Positions 54,241-62,189 of a stretch of 64,000 bases of DNA are shown here, one piece after another. Position 1 is the first letter of the stretch. Each line of letters begins with the position of its first letter. The notes under the pieces are model-generated. The model was not told the DNA's origin. It saw only the letters and a list, made by a program, of their open reading frames with translations, and did not search any database. Source of the stretch: a virus (Duplodnaviria > Caudoviricetes); the IMG/VR virus record IMGVR_UViG_3300030376_000575, positions 1,058 to 65,057 of that record. One strand, 5' to 3'. A program made the translations under genes and the position numbers.

Positions 54241-55140
54241 ATGGCAGAACCCATGCAAGTAGAAGAAAATGAAGATGTAGAAATAGAGTTAGAAGCAGCA
54301 GAATCAGAGGTAGGTAAAAATGAAGAAATCGAAGTTGAGCCTACTAAAAAAGAAACTGTTACTGAAAAAAGTGATTCAGGAAAGGAAGAAAAACCAGAAG
54401 AAGAAATAGCTGAGTATAGTGAATCTGTTAAAAAGCGAATAAATAAGCTCACTTATAAGATTCGTGAAGCCGAAAGACGTGAAAAAGCAGCGATTGAATA
54501 TGCTCAAAATGTTCAGGAAAAATTAAATAATACTCAAGCAACCCTTTCACAAAAAGATAAAAACCTATATGATGAATATAGTGCAAGAGTCCAGAGTCAG
54601 TTGAACTCAGCAGAATCAGCGTATAGAAAAGCGCATGATATTGGCGATACAGATGCCATGCTTGAGTCTCAGAAAGACGTTGCGAAACTTGCGGTAGAGT
54701 TAGAAAGTTTAAAAAGAGTTAAGCCAGAGGAGGCAAAAGAGCAAAAAGTTGAAACAGCAACACAACCTGCTCCAAAAGCTCCCCCAACTCCAGATCCACA
54801 AGCTCAGGAGTGGGCAAATAAAAATGATTGGTTTGGTTCTGATTTAGCAATGACTACAAGTGCTTTTGCTTTTCATAAAGAACTTGTAGAAAAAGAAGGA
54901 TTTGATCCAGCTTCTAGTGATTACTATAAGCAGATTGATAAAAGAATGGCTGAGGCTTTTCCTCATAAACTAGGAAACACCCCACCACCGAACGTTCAAG
55001 AGAATGTTACAAACTCAAGCCGAGGGGCGAGAGGAAAAACAGGAAAAGGACGCACAGTTAAGTTGACACCAAGTCAGGTAGCAATAGCTAAAAGATTAGG
55101 TGTTCCACTTGAAGAATACGCTAAACACGTTAAATCGTGA
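54241..55140 (+). CDS. Capsid scaffolding protein candidate
   Basis: Acidic N-terminus, coiled coil (YSESVKKRINKLT), and C-terminal VKLTPSQVAIAKRLGVPLEEYAK. Confidence 0.75.
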   Translation: MAEPMQVEENEDVEIELEAAESEVGKNEEIEVEPTKKETVTEKSDSGKEEKPEEEIAEYSESVKKRINKLTYKIREAERREKAAIEYAQNVQEKLNNTQATLSQKDKNLYDEYSARVQSQLNSAESAYRKAHDIGDTDAMLESQKDVAKLAVELESLKRVKPEEAKEQKVETATQPAPKAPPTPDPQAQEWANKNDWFGSDLAMTTSAFAFHKELVEKEGFDPASSDYYKQIDKRMAEAFPHKLGNTPPPNVQENVTNSSRGARGKTGKGRTVKLTPSQVAIAKRLGVPLEEYAKHVKS

Positions 55141-55150
55141 AGGAGTTAAA

Positions 55151-55630
55151 ATGGTAGATAAAAATACTAATACCGTATCAGATCGAGCTCCCAGATCTGC
55201 AGATAGTCGAGCAAAAACGGCTCGTACCAAACCATGGCAACCACCGTCTTTACTAGACGCACCAACACCCCCTGATGGATTTGTTTACAGATGGTTACGA
55301 GAAGCAATGGTCGGAGTAGATGACAAAGCGAATATGTCAAAACGTATTCGTGAAGGTTGGGAACCTGTGAGAGCAGAAGACCACCCTGAGTTTGAAGCAC
55401 CAACTGTTGAAGATGGTAAACATGCTGGAGTAATCGGTGTAGGAGGGTTAATACTTGCAAAGATGCCCACAGAAATCGTCAACCAAAGACGAGATTATTA
55501 TGATCGACAAGCTGCTGACCAAATGCAGGCTGTTGATAACAATCTTATGCGAGAAAGTGACAATAGAATGCCTATTAGTAACCCTAATAGAAAATCTCAA
55601 GTCACATTTGGTAGAGGAAATGATTCTTAG
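55151..55630 (+). CDS. Conserved head-region protein
   Basis: WQPPSLLDAPTPPDGFVYRWLR and GVGGLILAKMP; SD AGGAG before ATG 55151. Confidence 0.7.
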   Translation: MVDKNTNTVSDRAPRSADSRAKTARTKPWQPPSLLDAPTPPDGFVYRWLREAMVGVDDKANMSKRIREGWEPVRAEDHPEFEAPTVEDGKHAGVIGVGGLILAKMPTEIVNQRRDYYDRQAADQMQAVDNNLMRESDNRMPISNPNRKSQVTFGRGNDS

Positions 55631-55673
55631 GAATCATTATTTTTTTAATTATGACAAAAAAAGGTAAAATAGA

Positions 55674-56213
55674 ATGGCGAATGTAAATAGCCCCAACGGT
55701 TTTACTCCTGCTTATCATATGTCTGGCGGTACTATAAGACCTTCCGAGTTCGCAATCGCAAGTGCGACTAACGCATCTATCTTTAGTGGTGATGTTGTTA
55801 ATCTCTCTAGTGGTTACGTTATACAAGGAACGGCTACTGGTGCTCCTCTAGGCGTGTTCGCAGGTGTAGAATATACAGCTACTGACGGCTCTATCGTTTT
55901 TTCGAAAATGTGGACAGCCGACACAGCTACCCTCGGATCTGCTGATGCGAAAGCGTATGTTTATGCCGACCCTGATATTGTGTACGAGGCGCAGGGATCT
56001 GCAACTCCAACACAAGCAACGGTTGGTACAACAAACACTATCACAACAACAGCAGGTGATTCTTCAACAGGTCGATCAAAAGAAGCAGTGACAGCTACTA
56101 CTTCTAGTGGGATCGCGACAGTAGTGGGGTTTGTAGATAGACCCGACAACTCAATCGGTCAATACGCTAGAATGTATGTAATATTCCCAGCTTCTGTATT
56201 CGGCAATAACTAA
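55674..56213 (+). CDS. Minor capsid/decoration protein candidate
   Basis: 179 aa, immediately upstream of the major capsid gene; MANVNSPNGF, IFSGDVV and GVFAGVEY. Confidence 0.6.
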   Translation: MANVNSPNGFTPAYHMSGGTIRPSEFAIASATNASIFSGDVVNLSSGYVIQGTATGAPLGVFAGVEYTATDGSIVFSKMWTADTATLGSADAKAYVYADPDIVYEAQGSATPTQATVGTTNTITTTAGDSSTGRSKEAVTATTSSGIATVVGFVDRPDNSIGQYARMYVIFPASVFGNN

Positions 56214-56225
56214 AAGGTGACTTAA

Positions 56226-57134
56226 ATGGCGATTAATAGAGCGCAGTTAGTAAAAGAACTCGAGCCAGGACTAAATGCACTTTTTGGTCTCGAGTACAAC
56301 CGTTACGAGAATGAGCACTCTGAAATTTTTGATACTGAAAATTCAGACAGAGCATTTGAAGAGGAAGTGATGTTATCAGGTTTCGCACAAGCTCCAGTTA
56401 AAGGAGAAGGTGCAGCAGTAACTTATGATGCAGCGCAAGAAACTTTCACGTCTCGTTACACTCATGAAACAGTAGCCCTCGCATTTGCGTTGACAGAAGA
56501 AGCTATCGAAGATAATCTCTACGATACACTTTCTTCAAGATACACAAGAGCTTTGGCTAGATCTATGGCAACCACTAAACAGGTTAAAGCAGCAAACGTG
56601 CTTAACAATGGTTTCTCTTCCTCCTTTGCAGGCGGTGACGGGAAAGCACTCATGACAACTGATCACCCAACTTTGACAGCTGGTGACCAGTCTAATGAGC
56701 CAAGCACAGCAGCAGATCTTAACGAAACTTCGTTAGAAAATGCTTTAATTGATATTTCTTCGTTTAAAGACGAAAGAGGTATTAAAGTTAACGTGCAAGC
56801 TAGAAAACTGATCATACCACCACAACTACAGTTTGTGGCGGATAGGATCTTAAACTCTCCAGGAAGAGTATCTACTTCTGATAACGACATCAACGCTATG
56901 AAAAACATGGGGATGTTGCCAGAAGGTTATATAGTAAACCACTACTTAACTGATACTGATGCATTTTTCATTAAGACAGATGCACCTAACGGCTTGAAAC
57001 ATTTTGAAAGAGCAGCCATGACTACAGGTATGGAAGGCGATTTTGAAACTGGTAACGTTCGTTACAAAGCTCGTGAGAGATATTCCTTCGGGTTTAGTGA
57101 TTGGCGTGGAATCTACGGATCTCCAGGCGCATAA
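56226..57134 (+). CDS. Major capsid protein
   Basis: MAINRAQLVKELEPGLNALFGLEY, SDRAFEEEV, RYTHETVALAFALTEEAIEDNLY and KARERYSFG.SDWRG. Confidence 0.92.
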   Translation: MAINRAQLVKELEPGLNALFGLEYNRYENEHSEIFDTENSDRAFEEEVMLSGFAQAPVKGEGAAVTYDAAQETFTSRYTHETVALAFALTEEAIEDNLYDTLSSRYTRALARSMATTKQVKAANVLNNGFSSSFAGGDGKALMTTDHPTLTAGDQSNEPSTAADLNETSLENALIDISSFKDERGIKVNVQARKLIIPPQLQFVADRILNSPGRVSTSDNDINAMKNMGMLPEGYIVNHYLTDTDAFFIKTDAPNGLKHFERAAMTTGMEGDFETGNVRYKARERYSFGFSDWRGIYGSPGA

Positions 57135-57157
57135 GCTAAAAACAATCTGGAATGTTG

Positions 57158-57186
57158 AAAGGGGTCTTCGGATCCCTTTCTTTTTT
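57158..57186 (+). terminator. Intrinsic terminator after major capsid gene
   Basis: AAAGGGGTC-TTCG-GATCCCTTT followed by a T-run. Confidence 0.85.
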
Positions 57187-57291
57187 ATATTTAATAATAT
57201 ATGATTAAATTACTAGGATAACTTTTACTCACCGACTGACCTAGCAGACAAGCCAAGACGGTGAATTATTATTCTCATAGGAGGGAATAAA

Positions 57292-57798
57292 ATGGCAAAA
57301 TCAACATTTTCAGGTCCAGTTAGATCACTCGCTGGATTTATATCGGCAGGTAACGCTAATGTAGTTAGTCTAACCGCTGATACAACTTTAACTGTTGCCG
57401 CACACGCAGGTAAAGTTCTTTTAACTAATGATGCAGATGGTAAATTTACTTTACCTACTATTGTAGCGACTGCTCCAGGACGCGATGACGATCCGAATCA
57501 AACTAATAATCTAGGTGCTGTTTTTACATTTGTAGTAGTTACTGCAGCAACCGATATGGATATTTTAACTGATGGTACAGATAAATTCGTAGGCGGTACT
57601 TATACTGGTATAACTGACGCAACAGGTAAAACTTTTATTTCAGGTGCAAGTAACGATGTTATTACTATGAATGGATCAACCAAAGGTGGACTAGCTGGTA
57701 GTATTGTGAGATGTACTGCAATAGCTTCTGCTAAATATGCGGTAGAAGGAATAATACTTGGTTCAGGTACATTAGTAACTCCATTCGCTGACGCTTAA
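57292..57798 (+). CDS. Virion structural protein (capsid decoration/spike candidate)
   Basis: MAKSTFSGPVRS N-terminus; beta-rich, A/T/G-rich. Confidence 0.6.
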   Translation: MAKSTFSGPVRSLAGFISAGNANVVSLTADTTLTVAAHAGKVLLTNDADGKFTLPTIVATAPGRDDDPNQTNNLGAVFTFVVVTAATDMDILTDGTDKFVGGTYTGITDATGKTFISGASNDVITMNGSTKGGLAGSIVRCTAIASAKYAVEGIILGSGTLVTPFADA

Positions 57799-57811
57799 TC
57801 GGAGGTGACAT

Positions 57812-58219
57812 ATGGCAGATGCAGTAACTTCAACAACTATTGTTGATAATGACAGACAAGCCGTCATACAACTAACCAATACTTCTGATGGAACAGGTGA
57901 AGCAGCAGTAACTAAAGTAGACGTAAGCGCACTTGCGTCAAGAAGCACAGATGGTGCAGCATGTACAGGTTGTAAAGTAGAAAGGATTAATTACTCAACA
58001 TTTGGTATGAGTGTTAAATTGCTTTGGGACGCTTCAACAGATACAATCTGCTGGGATTTAAATTCTGATTATAGTGATGATGTAGATTTTTCATATATGG
58101 GCGGTTTACAAAACACTGCTGCTTCTGGTGGGAAAACAGGAGATATTCAGTTGACAACCACAGGTCATGCGAGTGCAGATTCTTACGTTATTGTTTTAAC
58201 AGTAATTAAAGAATTTTAA
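57812..58219 (+). CDS. Virion structural protein
   Basis: MADAVTS.TI.D...AVIQLTN.SDGTGE..V.KVDVSAL conserved-looking pattern. Confidence 0.6.
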   Translation: MADAVTSTTIVDNDRQAVIQLTNTSDGTGEAAVTKVDVSALASRSTDGAACTGCKVERINYSTFGMSVKLLWDASTDTICWDLNSDYSDDVDFSYMGGLQNTAASGGKTGDIQLTTTGHASADSYVIVLTVIKEF

Positions 58220-58893
58220 TGGCGACTTCGGGTACTAAGACTTTTCAGTTAACGATTGCGGACACAATAGAGGAAGCATACGAGTTAGCTGGTTTAGAAC
58301 TTAGGACAGGTTATGATGCGGAGACTGCTCGGCGATCATTAAATATTATGTTCGCCGATTGGTCTAACAGAGGTGTAAATCTCTGGACGATAGATCAAGT
58401 TGCAACAAGCCTAACGTCAGGGACTAATAGTTATACTTTAAACGCATATGATATAGACATAGTTTCCGCTATCATAAGACAAGTAGACAATAACACTACA
58501 ACAGATCTGCAAATCACACGCATAGGAAGAACAGAATATTTAAACATACCTGACAAGGATTCTACTGGAAGACCAACTCAGTATTTTTTAGATAGGCAAA
58601 CTACTCCAGTCATCAAACTTTGGCCAACACCAGACAGTGCAGCAACTTATACTTTAATAGCTAACACTATTCAAAGAATAGATGATGTATCAGCTTCTGC
58701 TCAAGATCCAGAAGTACCTTCAAGATTTATTCCATGCATGGCGAGTGGACTAGCATACTACATAGCAATGAAAAGAAACCCTGAAAAAGTACCGTTATTA
58801 AAACAACAGTACGAACAAGATTTTAAATTAGCTGCAGACGAAGACAGAGGTAGAGTTTCTTTACACCTAGTTCCCCATAGGAGTTATTTATAA
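58219..58893 (+). CDS. Head-tail adaptor/connector protein
   Basis: MATSGT..F.L, ARRSLNIMFADWSNRGVNLW, IPDK..TGRPTQYF and P.RF.PCMASGLAYY. Confidence 0.7.
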   Translation: MATSGTKTFQLTIADTIEEAYELAGLELRTGYDAETARRSLNIMFADWSNRGVNLWTIDQVATSLTSGTNSYTLNAYDIDIVSAIIRQVDNNTTTDLQITRIGRTEYLNIPDKDSTGRPTQYFLDRQTTPVIKLWPTPDSAATYTLIANTIQRIDDVSASAQDPEVPSRFIPCMASGLAYYIAMKRNPEKVPLLKQQYEQDFKLAADEDRGRVSLHLVPHRSYL

Positions 58894-59255
58894 TGGGATA
58901 TGCAGTTGGTAAATATTCTCAAGCTCAGTGCGATAGGTGCGGTTTCGTATATAAATACCTATATTTGAAAAAAGAATGGAATGGTTTGAAAGTTTGCAAT
59001 ACCTGTTTCGAACCTAAGCACCCACAGTTAGAACCTATTACAACACCCACAGACCCAGAAGCTCTTATACAACCTAGAGGAACTGAGTCTGCTCCCACAA
59101 CAGGTTATGGGGTGGTAAAAACAGAAAACACTAAAAACAGTTTAGGAGTTACTGCTCCTTCTATGTTTGTATCTCATAACGACACGATAGGATCAAGTTT
59201 TTTCACAGATAGTTTAGTTGGAAAAGTTGGGGAAGTAACAGTTACAACAGGATAA
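58893..59255 (+). CDS. Neck-region protein with CxxC...CxxC
   Basis: CDRCGF...EWNGLKVCNTCFEPKHPQL. Confidence 0.65.
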   Translation: MGYAVGKYSQAQCDRCGFVYKYLYLKKEWNGLKVCNTCFEPKHPQLEPITTPTDPEALIQPRGTESAPTTGYGVVKTENTKNSLGVTAPSMFVSHNDTIGSSFFTDSLVGKVGEVTVTTG

Positions 59256-59259
59256 TATT

Positions 59260-59910
59260 ATGAGTTGGACATACGCTACGCTAAAAACAGCAATACAAGA
59301 TTACGCCGAGTCTACAGAATCTTCTTTTGTTACACACCTACCAGATTTTATTAAAACAGCAGAAGAGCGCATTTTAAAAGCTGTACAGTTAGATGATTTT
59401 ATCAAAAACGTAACAGGAACAGCAACTGCTAGTTCTGCTTATTTAGGCGCACCTAGTGATTTTTTATCTTCTTTTAGTTTAGCGGTTATAGACAGCGATT
59501 CTAACTACAACTATTTAAAATTGAAACATCCAAGTTTTATTCGGGATTTTACACCTGCATCCGCTACCACAGGGACACCAAAGTATTATGCAGAGTTTGA
59601 TGATGATACTTTCATATTAGCACCAACACCATCTACTAATTTTACTTTTGAGTTACACTATTTTTATAGACCCTCATCCCTTACTTCGGCAGGTGATTCT
59701 GGCACAACTTGGCTATCTACCAATGCTCCCAATGCAATATTGTACGGTAGTTTAGCAGAAGCCATGATGTATTTAAAAAATTATGAGACATCACCGATCT
59801 ATGAAACCAGATTTCAAGAGGCACTCGCCTTAATGAAAAATCTTGGGGAAGGCAAATCTACCCGAGATCAATATAGATATGACCAAGTAAGGAGAACACC
59901 ACAAGCATGA
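59260..59910 (+). CDS. Head-tail adaptor/tail tube-like protein
   Basis: TYATLKTAIQDY, FI..AEERI, GTPKYYA and APTP....ELHYFYRP. Confidence 0.7.
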   Translation: MSWTYATLKTAIQDYAESTESSFVTHLPDFIKTAEERILKAVQLDDFIKNVTGTATASSAYLGAPSDFLSSFSLAVIDSDSNYNYLKLKHPSFIRDFTPASATTGTPKYYAEFDDDTFILAPTPSTNFTFELHYFYRPSSLTSAGDSGTTWLSTNAPNAILYGSLAEAMMYLKNYETSPIYETRFQEALALMKNLGEGKSTRDQYRYDQVRRTPQA

Positions 59911-60641
59911 AAATACAGACATTGGACGGGGCGAATGTCGCTATCGTCGCTATGGGCGAGAGTCAGTTAGATTATCACCTATCTGTTTCACACGGACAAG
60001 AATATGACGAAGTCTGGGCGATAAACGCTATGGCAGGTATAGCTAGACAAGTTGATAGAACATTTATGTTAGACCCACCAAGCAGATTCCTAGATAGTGA
60101 TGCTTCAGGCAGTCAAACACATCTAATGCGTAAAGTTTTAAAATCTCATCCTGGACCAATATACACTTGTGAACTAGATAAAAGATGTGATAATTTAGTA
60201 GAGTTTCCCCTACTTGATGTTGTAAAAGAAACAGGATCTAATTATTTAAACAACACAGTTTGTTTTGCTATTGCTTTTGCTTTATATAATAGAGTAAGTA
60301 GGTTAAATATGTTTGGAGTAGATTTTACCTATAAAGGTAATCTGCACTTTGCAGAAGCAGGAAGAGCTTGTGTAGAGTTTTGGTTATCTAAATGTATAAC
60401 TGCAGGAATGGTGGTCAGTGTAGCACCTCGTTCTGGATTATTAGATACAGATGTACCGTTAAAAGATAAAATATATGGATACCATAGGCTAGATAATCCA
60501 CCATTAGTGATGATTGACCCAAAAACTAAGGAGTTCTATGAAGTTAGTTATAATAACTACATAGAGACTAAAGAAAAAGAATTACGAAATGGAGATCTTG
60601 TTCCTGTATTGAACACACCACCAGAGGCAAAAAGATATTGA
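59907..60641 (+). CDS. Putative glycosyltransferase-like (GT29/MptE-like Rossmann-fold) enzyme
   Basis: VAIVAMGES, DEVWAINAM, NNTVCFAIAFA and MFGVDF motif order resembles GT29-like proteins. Confidence 0.45.
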   Translation: MKIQTLDGANVAIVAMGESQLDYHLSVSHGQEYDEVWAINAMAGIARQVDRTFMLDPPSRFLDSDASGSQTHLMRKVLKSHPGPIYTCELDKRCDNLVEFPLLDVVKETGSNYLNNTVCFAIAFALYNRVSRLNMFGVDFTYKGNLHFAEAGRACVEFWLSKCITAGMVVSVAPRSGLLDTDVPLKDKIYGYHRLDNPPLVMIDPKTKEFYEVSYNNYIETKEKELRNGDLVPVLNTPPEAKRY

Positions 60642-60642
60642 T

Positions 60643-60936
60643 ATGATAGAAATAGACACAGTAAGCACTTTAGGAAATATAACAGTAGACACTGAACAAA
60701 ATAGAGGACATCCCCCTGAATACTGGGCACAGAGGGCAACAGAAAGAATATGTGGAATATCCGAAGATGCTGCTCCACACATTAAACAACAAGCTGAGGC
60801 ATTTAGAGTAGCTATTTACAACACAATACTTTATTATATTAAACAGGGCATTAATAGTGAAAGATGCACTATGAAAAATGTTTTAATAAAACAAGGACAC
60901 GAAAATTTAGCTAAAATACTTACGGAGTTAAAATAA
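60643..60936 (+). CDS. Conserved hypothetical protein
   Basis: RGHPPEYWAQRATERI..ISE.A.PHIKQQAEAF. Confidence 0.65.
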   Translation: MIEIDTVSTLGNITVDTEQNRGHPPEYWAQRATERICGISEDAAPHIKQQAEAFRVAIYNTILYYIKQGINSERCTMKNVLIKQGHENLAKILTELK

Positions 60937-60937
60937 A

Positions 60938-61366
60938 ATGGCTATAACATCAACATTAACTACGAGTTTTAAAAAAGAACTGCTAGAAGCAAAACATAAT
61001 TTTTTGGCTTCTGGAGGCAACTCTTTTAAACTAGCTCTGTACACAAGTTCTGCTACAATGGGTGCGGCAACAACTGCATACACTACCACTAACCAAGTTA
61101 CTGGTACTAATTACACAGCTGGTGGTGCAGCTCTGACTAATATCAACCCAGCGAGCGGTGGAACAACAGGTTTCACTGATTTTGCAGACCTTACATTTGG
61201 TACAGCTACAGTTACTGCAAGAGGTTGTTTGATCTATAACGATACAAATTCTGATGTATCTGTAGCAACTATTGATTTCGGTGGAGATAAAACTTCTACA
61301 GCTGGTGATTTCACCATAGTTTTTCCTGCTGCAGCAGCAAGCACAGCTATTATTAGAATAGCGTAG
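60938..61366 (+). CDS. Virion structural (tail-associated) protein
   Basis: MAIT..LTTSFK.ELL...HNF...FKLALYTSSA and DFGGDKTST.GDFTI.FP. Confidence 0.7.
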   Translation: MAITSTLTTSFKKELLEAKHNFLASGGNSFKLALYTSSATMGAATTAYTTTNQVTGTNYTAGGAALTNINPASGGTTGFTDFADLTFGTATVTARGCLIYNDTNSDVSVATIDFGGDKTSTAGDFTIVFPAAAASTAIIRIA

Positions 61367-61374
61367 TTTAAAAA

Positions 61375-62136
61375 ATGGCAGCGATCACTGGTTGGGGTCG
61401 AGGCACTTGGGGTTCTGATACTTGGGGTGAGCCAAACCCTGTCACACTCACAGGTCTTTCATCAACAGGCGCGGTTGGTTCTGTTACTGTAACAGGTGTA
61501 GCAAATATATCTGTATCGGGACAATCAGCAACAACAGGCGCGCCAACAGCAGGTGTAAATGCACAAGCTATAGCTGTTATAACAGGTGCTGTTGGAACAG
61601 TTGGTTCTGTCACTGTAGATATAGACGGAGAAGCAAATGTTTCTGTGACTGGAGTTACAGCCACTAGTGCTGTAGGTGCTTTCACATTCATAGGTAAAGC
61701 TAACTTAACACTTGCTGGTCAAAGTGCTACTGGCGCAATCGGTTCTCCAGTTCCAAAAGCTGCATCAAATACAACTCTCACAGGTTTATCGAGTACAAGC
61801 ACAGTAGGAAGTGTAAGTACAGATGCTGAGTCAAATACTACACCTGCTGGTCAAAGTGCTACTGGCGCAGTGGGATCACCCACAATAGTATTCGGAATAA
61901 ATGTCAACATAGACAGTGTATCAGCATCAGGTAGTTTAGGTACTTTAACTGTTTCTAGTAAAGCAAATGTTTCTTTAACGGGAGTAGAAGCAACAGCAGG
62001 AGTTCCTTCGGTGAATGTTTGGGGGTTAATAGATGATAGTCAAAACCCAAGCTGGACAGGAGTGAATGATAGTCAAAACCCAAGCTGGACAGGAGTGAAT
62101 GATAGTCAAAACCCTAATTGGGAAGAAGTAGCTTAA
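61375..62136 (+). CDS. Tail-associated repeat protein
   Basis: GWGRGTWGSDTWG N-terminus, repeated LTG.SATGAVG units, and C-terminal 11-aa repeats. Confidence 0.7.
   Translation: MAAITGWGRGTWGSDTWGEPNPVTLTGLSSTGAVGSVTVTGVANISVSGQSATTGAPTAGVNAQAIAVITGAVGTVGSVTVDIDGEANVSVTGVTATSAVGAFTFIGKANLTLAGQSATGAIGSPVPKAASNTTLTGLSSTSTVGSVSTDAESNTTPAGQSATGAVGSPTIVFGINVNIDSVSASGSLGTLTVSSKANVSLTGVEATAGVPSVNVWGLIDDSQNPSWTGVNDSQNPSWTGVNDSQNPNWEEVA
62035..62114 (+). repeat. 33-bp tandem repeat (2 exact copies plus partial third) encoding DSQNPSWTGVN
   Basis: GATAGTCAAAACCCAAGCTGGACAGGAGTGAAT at 62035 and 62068, partial at 62101. Confidence 0.95.
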
Positions 62137-62161
62137 CAATTGTCTAAAATAGTAGTATAAT
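62133..62161 (+). promoter_or_regulatory. Sigma70-type promoter for tail-fibre gene
   Basis: TTAACA-17 bp-TATAAT. Confidence 0.55.
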
Positions 62162-62189
62162 CTTAAGAGGTTAACCGAGGGAATAAACA

